Source of the DNA: Sphyrna mokarran
Lineage: Eukaryota
Assembly: GCA_024679065.1 (NCBI GenBank)
Contig: JAGIQG010000013.1
Location: forward strand, 56,234,001 to 56,298,000
Direction of reading: 5' to 3'
DNA length: 64,000 bases
In this document: piece by piece, positions 26,410 to 38,766 of the stretch
Position numbering within the stretch: position 1 is the stretch's first letter
How the letters are laid out: every line of letters starts with the position of its first letter
Translations under genes and position numbers: made by a program
The notes under the pieces: generated by a model
The model's database searches: none
Told to the model about the DNA's origin: nothing
Seen by the model: the letters and a program-made list of their open reading frames with translations, nothing else

Positions 26410-26509
26410 AATTGATTCAAATTTTGCAGCTAGAATTATTCAGACATCATGGTGTTCCTACAGAAATAAACAACTATTTCGCCTACTCAAGCACACAATC
26501 TGTGCAGCG
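26410..26509 (+). CDS. CXorf58: CXorf58-like coding exon 2 (IQ-like motif)
   Basis: tttcag|A...GCG|gtaaat. Encodes IDSNFAARIIQTSWCSYRNKQLFRLLKHTICAA, similar to recalled human AQIIQRAW...FRLLKHAICAA. Confidence 0.9.
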
Positions 26510-27214
26510 GTAAATATAAAAGCAGAATCTGTTTAATAGATTATTAATGATGAAAACACGGGAGAAAGTCATTGCTTTGACTTTTTAAAACCTTCTACAT
26601 CGATGACTAATATTCACAAGAAATCTTCCTTTTAGGGCAACCTTCTGTCTTGTGGAATTAGCCAGACTCTCAACATCTCATTAAGGGCAGACTCAAATTT
26701 GCAATGTTCAGTGATTTGCCTCAATCTCACCACAAAAACTGTTACCCCCCTCCCCCCCCCCCACTCCCGACTCCCCAGAGTCTATTGCCATTGAGTTAAA
26801 ATTGTATCTTTGCAAAGTCACCAAGCATTTTGGGTAATATTGTCTTTTTACTATTTCTGTGAGTTCTTTGAAAGTTTTAGTGTCATGGTGTCTGGAGAAG
26901 TCAAGCTTCTTATCTTATAGGTTTGGGCACTGCAAGCTGTTTTATTATCCTCTGCTTCTTCTCACCTCCTATTTTGTTTGCTTTGAAGAAAAATTCCAGG
27001 CGTTCAGCATTGTGAATCCAATCCTCAAAATTAGGAATAATGGTTCAAACTTTCCAAGAGCAGCCCTCTCATGACCCATCGTGTGCATGCCCCTTGTTAG
27101 ACAACGAGGTGAACCAAAGCACCTCTAAGATAAAAACAAGTACATCAATATCATCATCTATTGACACACTTCTCAGGGACTCCGAAGGCTCATGATCCCT
27201 ATTTTAAATCAGTT

Positions 27215-27472
27215 TTCTATACCCTTCCATTCCCATTCTGTTCATGTGTCCATCTGACTATTTCTTAAATAACTCCAGAGTGCCTGCCTCCACCACTTTA
27301 CTTGGCAGCGCATTCCATACCCCCACTATCCTCTGTGTAAAAAATACTCCCTCAAAATTATACCTAACCCCCCTCATCTTTAGCCCGTGACCCCTCGTGC
27401 TATTTGAGTCCATCCTAGGAAAAAGCTTGACCCTGTTTACTTTGTCTATACCCCTCATAATCTTGTACACCT
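27215..27472 (-). mobile_element. CR1 LINE 3' fragment
   Basis: Peptide YKIMRGIDKVNRVKLFP...FFTQRIVGVWNALPSKVVEAGTL. Confidence 0.85.
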
Positions 27473-28348
27473 TTGCTCTTTGTTCTTTCCAAATAGAAGC
27501 TGACTAAATGTGCTTCCAACAATTTGTACACAAGGTCTGTTCTCCATGGCAGATGGAAAGTGCTCCATTGAGCCTCATCACCAAATGTAACATCTTGGAA
27601 AGAGTAGTGATCACCAAATGGAGTAGCTACAAAGCCATTTATTAACAGGAGTAACTATATACACAGAGTGAGAAAGATGCTACCAATTTCTTGGACTCCA
27701 ATCTCCAAACTACCCGGGAGAGCCTGTTGTTAGCCCCAGGATTCAGTTCAGTTGGCCAAATGGGTCACAATGACCCCTTGGAAAGCTTGCCCTTTGGAGA
27801 TGCTTGCTACTACAGTGCTGTTGGTTGAGCCTTGGCAAATTGCTGCAGTGCATCTTGTAAATGGTACACACTGCTGCCACCATATGTCAGTGTTAAAGGG
27901 AGTGAATGTCCATGGTGGAGGATTGGTTTCAAGTCATCCAGAATTGAAACGTTAGCTCTGTTCTCCTTCCCCAGATACTGTCAGACCTGCTGAGATTTTC
28001 CAGCATTATTATCCAAATATCTGCTAACCACCATTAGTCTTTCTAACAATTGGTTATTGAACCAGCAAAGTCCATCCAATGAAGTTACACTTTGTTTCCA
28101 GAACTTTGAATTAAGTTTTACCAATCCTTTCTAAAAAAAAAACTTCACAAAAAGACAATAATTCCTTTTTTGTATATTATTGTACTTAACTGAATACAAT
28201 AGTTATTTCTGACATTAGAAGATACCCAGAAGATCATTGTGCTTGAATCAATCAGTGCTATTTTTCCCCAAAGCATACTTGCTGTTTATCATATAATGCA
28301 CTTGTGTCAAAATTTATGTAAATTTACCACAGTTTTCTTTTGAGATAG

Positions 28349-28443
28349 GAACACTGCCTGACAACTGACATTCTTAGGAAACTGCAGCCTTCTGATTCTG
28401 AGCTCCTAAAGGACACCAGCATGTCATATAAAATTAGATTCAG
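28349..28443 (+). CDS. CXorf58: CXorf58-like coding exon 3
   Basis: gatag|GAA...TTCAG|gtacga. Encodes EHCLTTDILRKLQPSDSELLKDTSMSYKIRF(R). Confidence 0.9.
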
Positions 28444-28730
28444 GTACGATCTATCTAACAGAAAAAACTATAACAAGCCTACAAAGAAAAGAGAAGTGCA
28501 AAATAGACAACTATGGAATTGTCTTTATTTGAGAAATGCATAATAATGCAGAGTAGAGCTGTAATTGTTCAATTATATGTAGCTTTTCATCATTTTTATC
28601 TATCAGCAGAAAACTACTTTTAATTTCAAAATTAACTAAATTTTAGGAGCTGTTTCATTGTTCCTGCTGCATATTTAACAAGTTCTGCTTTGTAAGCTTT
28701 ATAATATCACGTATAACCAGAGTACCATTT

Positions 28731-29059
28731 CGTAGAATCATAGAAACCCTACAGTGCAGAAGGAGGCCATTTGGCCCACAATCTCACCCAGGCCTAGCCC
28801 CCCATAGCCCTACATATTTACTTACTAATCCCTCTAATCTACGCATCTCAGGACACTAAGGGGCAATTTTAGCATGGCCAATCAACCTAACTCGCACATC
28901 TTTGGACTGTGGGAGGAAACCGGAGCACCCAGAGGAAACCCACGCAGACATGAGAAGAATGTACAAACTCTACACAGACAGTGATCCAAGTTGGGAATCA
29001 AACCCAGGTACCTGGAACTGTGAAGCAGCAGTGCTAACAACTGTGCTACCATGTCATCC
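28731..29059 (-). mobile_element. Near full-length HE1-type V-SINE
   Basis: Reverse strand shows a tRNA head, V-domain and (CTATGATT)-type LINE-derived tail. Confidence 0.9.
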
Positions 29060-29261
29060 ATTTGTGCTACAGTAATGCTGATAGGACAGAATTGCAATCA
29101 CAACCCCTGTTTGAATTTGTGTAATCAGCACAATTAAATATTGAATGATGAACCAGGAATATACTGCTCTTGGCTTCTAATTTAAAAAATAGAGTAGCAC
29201 AGTTACCCACACAGAATAGCCGGCACCATTTACAGAAATCAATTGTTTGATTTTCCCTCAG

Positions 29262-29373
29262 ATTTGCTGGAGAAGAATTTCCTCCTATCCTTGTGTTTAA
29301 GATTTTTCAACATACAGGGAATTATAAAAATCAATACTTCAGTGGAAAAAGAATAATCAAGCCTGCAACTGAG
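29262..29373 (+). CDS. CXorf58: CXorf58-like coding exon 4
   Basis: ccctcag|A...GAG|gtaact. Encodes FAGEEFPPILVFKIFQHTGNYKNQYFSGKRIIKPATE, with the family signature RFxGxxFPPxxxFKIF. Confidence 0.92.
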
Positions 29374-30191
29374 GTAACTCCATTTTTGTAACTTGTCCTT
29401 TCTATTTTCTGCTCTCCAGAAAGTGGTGATTCCCTTGCTGGAGCAGATTCCTCTGCAGGGAGTAACTTCCATCATTTTTCAATATCAAATGTGAACCTTG
29501 ACTGTGAGTGCTGTCAAGTTGTTCACCTGTAGAAGATATCACCGTATAACTTAATACTGTCTTTACCTAATGGTCATGCACATGCAGCTGACTTCAACCA
29601 CTGTTTGGCACTTGCCCATACACATGCTTTGCTAGGACTGTTCTGGCATGTATCCTGGTACATAGAGTGGTATGGATTCTATATAGAGGCACAAATTATT
29701 CTTAATCACTCCATTAGCACTGTAGTCTGGCCATTAGTTTGTAGGATTTATTTTGTCCAAGTGTAAACACTTGAATTTTGCTGATAGGAAGTTTAAACAT
29801 ATAATAGTTTTTGATGACCTGTTCTGTGATCAAGCTGACATCAGTAACTTTCATTTCTATGCTCAATATGTTGGCAGCATATTTTCAAGTTATAATGATG
29901 TATGATTTGAAAGAGAACTTTGACGTGGTGGTGTTCCCATGTGCCTGATGCCCTTTTCTTCTAGGTGGAAGGTGCTGTTGAAGACATCTTGGTGAACTGC
30001 AACTGTGCATTTTGTAGAACCCACTGATACACAGTGCAGCGAAGTGCTGCAGGAATGGAGGGAGTAAACATTGAAGGTAGTGGAAGGGATGTCAGTCAAG
30101 CTTTGTCCTGGATGATGTGGAATTTCTTGAGTGTTTTTGGAGTTGCACTCACCTAAGCAAGTGGGGACTGTTCCGTCACACTTGTAGTTTA

Positions 30192-30238
<47 letters not shown>

Positions 30239-30251
30239 ACAGACCCAGACC
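30192..30251. repeat. (CAGACG)7 hexamer microsatellite plus 3 variant units
   Basis: Read directly from the sequence. Confidence 0.95.
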
Positions 30252-30264
30252 ATAACATTGAAGA

Positions 30265-30693
30265 ATGTTTGAGGATTCTGGGTCTATACTCATTGGAGTT
30301 TAGAAGAATGATGGGGTTTTTATTGAAACTTACAGGATACTGCGAGACCTGGATAGAGTGGTTGTGGACAGCATGTTTCCACTAGTAGGAAAAACTAGAA
30401 CCAGAGGGCTCAACTTCAGCTAAAGGGATGATCCTTTAAAACAGAGATGAGGAAGAATTTCTTCAGCTAGAGAGTGGTGAATCTGTGGAACTCTTTGCCG
30501 CAGAAGGTTGTGGAGGCCAAGTCATTAAGTATCTTTAAGACAGAGATAGATAGGTTCTTGATTAATAAAGGGATCAGGGATTATGGGGAAAAGGCAGGAG
30601 AATATGGATGAGAAAAATATCAGCCGTGATTGAATGGAGGAGCAGACGCGATAGGCCAAGTGGCCTAATTTTGCTTCTCTATCTTATGGTCTT
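30265..30693 (+). mobile_element. CR1 LINE family A 3' fragment
   Basis: Collinear with 12380-12569 plus 13246-13475; ends ctatcttatggtctta. Confidence 0.88.
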
Positions 30694-32354
30694 ACAGTAT
30701 TCATGTGGCTTGTCCAGATAATTTCCTGGTCAATGATGACCTACAGGATATTGATGATGGAGGTTTTATGATAGTAATGTCATTGAATGTCAATGGGAGA
30801 TGTTTGTATTTTCTTTTGCTGGGAATGGCCATTAGTTGATACTTGTGTGGCGCAAATGTTACTTGCTATTTATCATCTCAAGCTAGAACGTTGTCCATCT
30901 CATGCTGCATTTGGGCATAGATACCTCATTATTTGAGAAGCTGTGAATGGAACACTGCGCAATCATCAGCAACCAGACTGGCACCTTATTTTTAGCTATA
31001 CTGGTGCTGCTCTGGCATGTTTGTATATTATCCTCTTCACACTCTTGACTGATGATAATGATAGTTATGTTGGGTCACGTAGCTACAGATTAGGGCAGTA
31101 CTAACAATATTGTTGCCTAATCATGGGCAACAATATCTCATGGATGCCCAGGTTTGAGTTGAACCATTTGTTCTGAATGTACCTCGAATCACACATGGGT
31201 AGTGGAACACATTGTAATGGATGGTATCCTTGATGTGAATATGATACTTTGTCTCAACAAAGAGATGGTCAGTCCTACCATTGTCATGAACAGGTATAGC
31301 TTCAACATGTAGATTGGTGAAAACTAGGTCTTGTTGATTTTTTTAATCACCTGCCTCATGCTCAATCTGGCAGATAAATCCTTAAAGATTCAGCCAACAT
31401 GATCAGTACTGGTGTAAATGAGTCCTTTTTGATGATGAACGTTTAAGTCCCTCAGGCAGAACACATTCGCTTCTCTTACAACCTTCAGTGCTTCTTTCAA
31501 GTGGTGTCTGGCATGGAACGGTTTATTAGCAGAAGAAAATCTCAAAGAAATCACTCAACAGTCGATCCTCGCATCAAATGGTTTATTTTCGCTGGTGTGG
31601 AGATGGTTTCTGTTAAACCCAGTGCCTTTCTCTCTGATGAACAAAGGAAAAAACATCCATTCTTATACATTTTTCAAACATCTACACAGCCCAGCATGGC
31701 TGGACCTTGCCAATAAAATTGATTACAGATTGCATATAGCAATCATATATCCAATGAAAAAGGCATTATGTAAGGTGAGCTTGTGCATCATCAGCTCGTG
31801 GTCTCATGACACAACTCATGGTACCTCATCAATATTATCTTTCTTTCTCCCATTTGGAGTCATTGAGTGTACAGTACTCCTTGTCTAGTGGGCCTCCTTA
31901 TCATCTTCCATGACTGTCCTCCCAAATCCTCCATGTCTGGTTTTCATCTGAGACCTCAAATCATAGACTGGTACCAGTCACCAGTCCCCGTGATCAACCA
32001 TACACAAGCTTATGCTCAAGACTAATAGTGTTCAGGAATATGGCTAATCCAGCTAGTATCCATTTTGTGTTGTTTTAATATTCTGAACTCCTGTTAACAT
32101 GGTGGAGCTCACATGCATGCTTTCTGCGATTGTATAATAATAAATTCATACATATTTATTATATAAATTGCTAACAGGTATCTTTGAGTATAAATAATTA
32201 TTCAGACACCTAACCCAAGGATATTATTCTTCCTAAACCTATGTTTTAAATCTTTCTTCAACAGGTTCATCAGTTGAGAGAAGTTTATATGTGGTAATTA
32301 GTGTGCAGTTTCCTTAACTATGTTTGACCTGATTTCACTGGACTTTGAGATTCA

Positions 32355-32480
32355 GGGTAGGATTTTCTGGCTATGCTCCCCCAAAACGAGAAAACCCGTC
32401 CAAGGTCAATGGACCTTTGCATGGCCTGCCTCATGCCCGCCAAAATTCCCATAGTGGGTGGAACAGGAAAATTCCCCCCT
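32355..32480. mobile_element. Short MITE-like repeat with inverted ends
   Basis: Imperfect terminal inverted repeat gggtaggattttct...ggaaaattccccc; related to 23705-23820. Confidence 0.45.
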
Positions 32481-32569
32481 CAGAATAATGTTGAGAGCCC
32501 CCAGGATCACTTTCACCCAATGATATACCATTGTGCCACCACCATCTCTGATGATCATCCTGTCAGCGG

Positions 32570-32840
32570 AGGAATTGCAAAACATTGACTTAAAAATATA
32601 ATACCATGAGTTTGACAATGCCAGGTTATTGCTTGACTAGGCAGTGGGGACAGATCTCCCAATTTTGTCACAAAGTCCTAGATGTCCCCAAAAGACTTTG
32701 CAGGGTGTTCCTTTGCCACATCTGAATCTGAAGCCGAAGCCTAGATCAACGCCCAAAAATCTATCCAGTTTTATTCTTATTGTAGGTTGGGCTTATCTGA
32801 CGCTGTGGGGAATGCAGTGGGCCAAAAGTCCATTGAAATT
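32570..32840 (+). repeat. Interspersed repeat, inverted copy of 25540-25800
   Basis: ccatgagtttgacaatgccagg...cagatctcccaattttgtcacaaa...gctgtggg. Confidence 0.75.
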
Positions 32841-33182
32841 GGCAGACCAGATAATCCCATTGGAGGGCAGGGTCAGAAAAACTGTAGCAATTTTCTTCGA
32901 ACTGAACAGTTTACCGGGTTATTTCAGGGGGCAGTTAAAGGTCAATCACGTTGCAGTGGTTCTAGATATCAAGTAGGCTAGATTTTCTTCACCATTAGTG
33001 AACCAATTGCATTTTATGACAATCCAATAGTTTCATGGTCAGCATTACTGATACTAGATTTTTTTTTAAAATTCCTGCGTTATTTAATGAATTAACTGTT
33101 TTTTAGTTATCTTCAGATTACTGATCCAGGTTTCTGATTACTAAGCCAGTAACATAACCTACTGTCTTATTGCTTAAAACAA

Positions 33183-33439
33183 AGCACAAGGGAACATAGC
33201 TTTAAATTAAGGGGTGGTAGTTATAGGACGGACGTCAGAGGTAGTTTCTTTAGCCAGAGGGTGGTAAGGGTATGGAATGCCCTTCTATGGAAAGCTATGG
33301 AAGCAGAACTACAGTGCTGCAGTTGTAGATGCGCCAAGTTTGGAGAGGTCCGTGGATAGGTTATGAATAAAAAGGTTAATTGGTTGGCGCAACATCAAGG
33401 GCCGAAGGGCCTGTTCTACACTGTAATGTTCTATGTTCG
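33183..33439 (+). mobile_element. CR1 LINE family B short 3' fragment
   Basis: agctttaaattaaggggtggtagttataggacgg...gccgaagggcctgttct...gttctatgttc. Confidence 0.85.
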
Positions 33440-33544
33440 AGGAGGTGAATACGAATTGCCTTTCTTTTCTAGGCTTTAATTTTATAATTCACAGAAATAT
33501 TTTCAATCATGGTCAAAGCTGTTCTGGGTTTCTTTTCTCTACAG

Positions 33545-33676
33545 GCAGCTGCAGCTTCCTGCAAAATTATGGGACACAGGAAATTCTACAATCTTATAAT
33601 ACAGGATAACCTTCAGTATCAAAGAACCAAAATAGCTGATGAAGTTGATATCGTTACAATGAAAGATTATATGAAG
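33545..33676 (+). CDS. CXorf58: CXorf58-like coding exon 5
   Basis: ctacag|GCA...AAG|gtttga. Encodes AAAASCKIMGHRKFYNLIIQDNLQYQRTKIADEVDIVTMKDYMK (44 codons). Confidence 0.9.
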
Positions 33677-34998
33677 GTTTGAAAATTGGGTTTGTAATGC
33701 TACTATTTACTAAACTAATATTGTATGTCCGTATAGCCCATCTGCATTCCTAGCAAGGAGTGGTACTCAAAGAATTAGAAACAAGACAAACACAAAGATT
33801 GCCAACCCTCCAGGATTGCCTTAGAACCTCTGTAAAGTGAAGATTAATCTCTAGCTCACTGCTGCAAGAAACCCAGGAGGGAACTCAAAGGAGCATTAAG
33901 GAGAACTGTATTTGTTTGACCTTTTCTTTGACCACTTTAATTTTGTTATAAAAATATTGAAGGTGACAAAAATTGACTGTTCCACCAATAGTCACAATTA
34001 ATCCAATTGGGTAGCAAAGAGTTTGTCCCCTTTCCAATTATTGTGGAAAGGCAGCGTATCTGCAGGATGGACACTGCTTAGTCTGAAGGCAGGATGAATC
34101 AACATGGAAGACAGTGTGCTGAAACCTCCAGCTATACACCCAATCAGAATCGGCAAACCCTATACTTTACTAGCACTTGCTTCCTTTGGGTATTCTGCTG
34201 GGACCATAATTATATATACTCTCACCGAGTATACTGTTATACTCTTAATTACGTTTAGCCATTTATACCTTTAGCCTATCTTTTCTGCACAAAGAATTCA
34301 GATGGAAATGTTGCAGCATATGATTGGATGGGTGCAGAATATATCTGCTGCAATCTCCACTGCCTGGCATTCCACTCTTGGTTCTTATTTCCTTCCATGG
34401 ACAACCCCAATGTTGCACTGATGGAGCTGATGGGAGGAAAAAAAAAACAATATTACTATTATCATAACTCTTCAGTCACAGCTGGAAAAGAGCAAAAAAA
34501 TACACTGCAGAAACAGCCTGAAAAATCAATCATATTTCTGGGTTCTTTAAATTAATTTGCATATACATGTCAGTCCATGGCAATTCTGGATATGCACGTT
34601 ACATAGTCAATCACTGAAAATTTTGCTCACAATCAACAGGGTACTACATACATGTTAAAATAATACTGTTGTGACTTCATTCAAATATTACAATAACATC
34701 GGCACTTGTTTAAAAATAAAATCTCTCAGCCATCGCTTAATTTAGCCCTGAAAATCCATGGGATGGATTTCCAATGTATTTGTAAACATTTCACCACTCC
34801 ACCTTGCACTGTTGTGCATCAATGATGAAGCCTCCTCTTTCCTTTAATTGCCGTTTTCTGTCACCATTTTTAACTGGAGATTATAAGGTTCTTTTTTGTT
34901 CTGCTTTTGGTTGTTCACGTATATCACATGACTCACACAAATGATGCTACAAGAATTAGTTAATTGTTAAGTATGCTGTTTATATTTTTCTCGTGTAG

Positions 34999-35228
34999 TA
35001 TACAAGTAATCTGGATGAGACTCCAGCTCATCTCGGGGGAAGAGACAACTGCTGGAGAATGTTGACCCTGACAAATCTACCCAGAACTACAATTATGTAC
35101 GACATTATGGACTATGCTCAAAGCAAAACTTTATCTCAGCGTTTGAAGAAGGAATTGCCAACTATGCTTTCCAAACCGATTACTGAAGAAATTCAGCTTC
35201 AACACATTAAAGCCATCTCTCAGGCCAG
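34999..35228 (+). CDS. CXorf58: CXorf58-like coding exon 6
   Basis: gtgtag|TAT...CAG|gtacct. Encodes YTSNLDETPAHLGGRDNCWRMLTLTNLPRTTIMYDIMDYAQS...KPITEEIQLQHIKAISQA(R). Confidence 0.92.
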
Positions 35229-35304
35229 GTACCTAATAGAAGGGAGAAACTTTGTGAAATGCATGTAATATTTTATATTCAGAAATCAGACTCCACTTCA
35301 TTTA

Positions 35305-35560
35305 GAAGGACAAGGGCACCTGCAAGTTTCCTTCCAAGCCATTCACCATCATGAGTTGGAAATATATTGCCATTCCTTTGCACTTGTTGGGTCAAAATCC
35401 TGGAATTTCCTTCCTAACAGCATTGTTGGTCAATCCACAGAACATGGACTGCAGCGACTCAAGAAGGCAGCTCACCACCACCTTCTCAAAGGCAACTAGA
35501 AATGGGCAACAAATGCTGGCCAGCCAGCAATGTCCATGTCCCATGAATGAATTTAAAAAA
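35305..35560 (+). mobile_element. Shark LINE 3' tail (family of 10015-10600)
   Basis: cacctgcaagtttccttccaagcc...gggtcaaaatcctggaatt...aatgctggccagccagc. Confidence 0.75.
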
Positions 35561-36190
35561 ATTATATAAGGTGGCTAAAGCAACAAACAGGAAATATAGT
35601 AGCATTATAAATCTAAAAATGCAGCATTATAAACATACATTTAATACATTATCTGACAAAATTCTTACAAGGATGAGAGAACAGAGGAAATAAATATTTT
35701 GCATGAGAGTATTTTCTTTACAGTAAGGGGTGCTGGTGATATGAGTTGAGACCTTTTATACTGATAGGGAAATCTATGCTATTGGTATTGGCCTGTGTTT
35801 CTTTGATTTTTTTTTGGGCCAGTGAAGACCACCCTATTTTGTCAGCTGGAGCCAACTAGAGATGGAAAGGTACAAAAGAATGTTCTAGTTGAGGATCAAG
35901 AGCCTCAGGACAGTTCTGGGAATTAATAGATTCCTATTGGCTGTCCAACAAATTTTAAGGCTCACCTGTCTCTTACGTTGGAGCTATTGGGGACTTTTCG
36001 TTAGTGTCTGTAAAGGCTATTGTATGTTTATTGATGTCTCTTTCTTGCACGTACAGGCAATTCGGTGTGCCTTGTTAGTCAAGGAGGGGCATACATGCGG
36101 TGGGTCGTGCGAGGGCTGCTTTTGGATGTTGCTTTGAGAGTTGTCTAGTGCTTCACGTCATTAGTGTACGCTTAAACTGGACCAATTGAC

Positions 36191-36570
36191 GGGCAGCACG
36201 ACAGCTCAGTGACTATCACTGTTTGCTGTGCAGTTACAGGGATCCGGGTCAGATCTCTGATTTGGGTCAGTGGCTATGGGAGTTTACACATTCTCCCTGT
36301 ACTCACGTAGGTTTTCTCTGGGTGCTCCAGTTTCCTCCCACAACCCAAAAACGTGCTTTTAGGCTGATTGGTGTTAATAAATTGTCCCTAAATTGGATTA
36401 CTCTTAATCTGGCACACACGTAATTCCCTAAATTTGCACCCCTTTATTGTGGAGTCCACGAAATGAAGGCAAAAGTCATGGGTAGGAGGATTGGAATGAG
36501 GCATTCACTGAGTGTTAAAATGGATAGGGCGGGCTTGTGGGGCCAAAGCGCCTGTTTCCTGTGGTGTGTT
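36191..36570 (+). mobile_element. HE1-type V-SINE
   Basis: gggcagcacgacagctcagtg head, V-domain, 3' tail ...ggccaaagcgcctgtttcctgtg. Confidence 0.75.
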
Positions 36571-36989
36571 GTTCTTTTGTTTTTAATTTCAGAACAGATG
36601 TGGAGCCTTTCAGTCCATCTCCTCAGTGGCTTGTCTCCCATTGGTATTCACATGTCCTTTGCGTCTCTAATTCTTTCCATTGAAGATCATCACATTAATC
36701 TTCAGTGTTATAAAGCTGATTATTTCTAGCTGTTTGCTTTTGTTTGATAATTTAGTTACAGCTGATACCTGTCACTCGATTTTGTAACACATTAGATAGG
36801 TAATTCTCTTCCCAATCCTTCTCCATTATCTAGCTTTGAGCAACTGCCGTTGCTTGGTCATGCAAGGTCATGACCAGAACTTTTCCCCTCCCATACATTC
36901 CCAAAGAATCCATTCTAAGTTCCCTCCTTTTCCTCATTTATACTAAGTCCCTTGATCACATCATTAGCAATGGATCAGCTTTTGCAAGA

Positions 36990-37470
36990 CAAATCAGGAG
37001 TGAAGCCCTTTTCACTTGCTTGGATGAATGCAGCTCCAACAATACTTAAAGCTTAACATCCAGGACAAAGTAGCCTGATTGATAAACACCTTAGACATTC
37101 ACTGCCTCCACCATCAGCACGATACGATAGCTGCTTGTATCATCTACACCTATACACTGCAGCAATTCACCAAAGCTCCTTCAACAACATCTCCAAAACT
37201 GTGACCTCTGCCAAATAGAAGAGCACAGTCACACAGGAACATCATTACCTGCACATTTCTCTCCAAGTCGCACACCATTCTTACGAGGAAACACTGCCAT
37301 TCTTTCATGTTGAGTCAAAATCCTGCACATCCTACCACAGCACTTTGGGAGAATCTTCACCACACGATCAACAATGGTTCAAGGAGGAGGACCAACTTCT
37401 AATGAACAACTACAGATGGGTAATAAATGCTGGCATTGCCAGCATCACCTTCAATACATGAACAATTAAA
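36990..37470 (+). mobile_element. Shark LINE 3' fragment (family of 10015-10600)
   Basis: cacttgcttggatgaatgcagctccaacaatac...catccaggacaaagtagcc...aataaatgctggcattgccagc. Confidence 0.7.
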
Positions 37471-38002
37471 AATAAAACAAAACTATCCATTGTCCAAATA
37501 GGTCTGTTCACACCTTAATGCCCCTTACCACAAAATCAACTGCCCTGATGTTGTCTCCATTGCAAAGACTACCCACTTCTGCTTGTACAAGCCGTGGAGG
37601 GGTGGGCCTTAAGTTTCATTTTAACATAGATTGTGGCACTTTCTGCCCTGCCCCTATCTTTAATAACTTCTGATTCCGTGCAAGGCCAACAGTTCTGGTC
37701 CCCGTTGATGGGGCGAATCTATTCGATTGGGGGCACTCAGGGAATCTCTTCCTGATTTCCTATACAGTCAGTTTGCTCTTGCTTGGTAATATTTTGGGCA
37801 CTTCTGGTCTAGCCTAATCTCAGAACACTTAAACCAGTCATTAGCAAGAAAGTGAGTTGGTTGGATGGAAATTCTGCAACACAATACACACAATAGCCAC
37901 ATAACCCTGTCTGCTCCACCTTCCCCACCCATTTACACACAAGTTACATCTATAGACAAACTAAAAACTAGAAAGAGCTATGTTTCTGTGTTTAATTCCT
38001 AG

Positions 38003-38141
38003 GTCACCATGTCTGTCCTCACAATTTCCTCCATGGCGATCCTCACTTTCCTCAAAATCATCAAGAGAATCACAACGCCGTTCTTATAAAACACAACTGA
38101 AAGTCTCCAAAATGAGAAAGATGTACGGTTTGGATAAAAAG
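38003..38141 (+). CDS. CXorf58: CXorf58-like coding exon 7
   Basis: cctag|G...AAG|gtaaaa. Encodes SPCLSSQFPPWR...RRSYKTQLKVSKMRKMYGLDKK, similar to recalled human RRSKQAQMKVEKMRKVY. Confidence 0.88.
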
Positions 38142-38585
38142 GTAAAACAATGTGATTTACATAGATGTTTTAATTCTCTATTTCTGTTGCCTAAAGAGCA
38201 ATGACTACACCAGTTAATCCATTGTTTGTCAAAATAGTTGCATTTCTTCTACTTCATAACTCCAGTGTGATATACTGGACAATAATTCACTGATCCAGTA
38301 AGTTAATCAAATGAGCAATTAAATGGTCCACTTGCTGTTTTCACACACTTAGAACTACGGTCATGGGGTTCAATTATAGTTTTGAGCATAGTTGACATAT
38401 CTCCAGAAGAGCCTTCACTTGTCATTTCTGCATCCTCATCTCCAGTTCTCCCCAGAATGAATCCTTGGCCTATTCTTCATTATCTATATTACCCGCTTTG
38501 TGAAATCATCTGCTAGCAAATTCCATACTTGGATTGGGGGTATCAAACTCTACCGCTCCTGTTGACTTCCTGACCACCTCAGTGC

Positions 38586-38766
38586 CATGATGCTGGCATT
38601 GGACTGGAATAAACAATAAGAAGTTTCACAACACCAGATTAAAGTCCAACAGGTTTATTTGGTAACACAAGCCACAAGCTTTCAGAGCGCTGCTCCTTGC
38701 GCTCCAAAAGCTTGTGGCTTGTGCTACCAAATAAACCTGGTGTTGTGAGCTTCTTACCGTGCTCAT
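38586..38766. mobile_element. Palindromic Penelope-like terminal-repeat insertion with 8-bp flanking duplication
   Basis: Inverted arms caggtttatttggtaacacaagccacaagctttcagagcgc / gcgctccaaaagcttgtggcttgtgctaccaaataaacctg; CTCAGTGC at 38578-38585 and 38767-38774. Confidence 0.75.

Larger units (their letters stand above)
29885..31500 (-). mobile_element. Degraded shark LINE interrupted by a microsatellite and a CR1 family A fragment
   Basis: Reverse-complement of the 10015-10600 family at 29885-30185; continues at 30694-31500. Confidence 0.65.

Noticed and set aside
29890-30258. 122-aa ORF with poly-(SA)
   Set aside because: Translation of the hexamer microsatellite joined to a degraded LINE.
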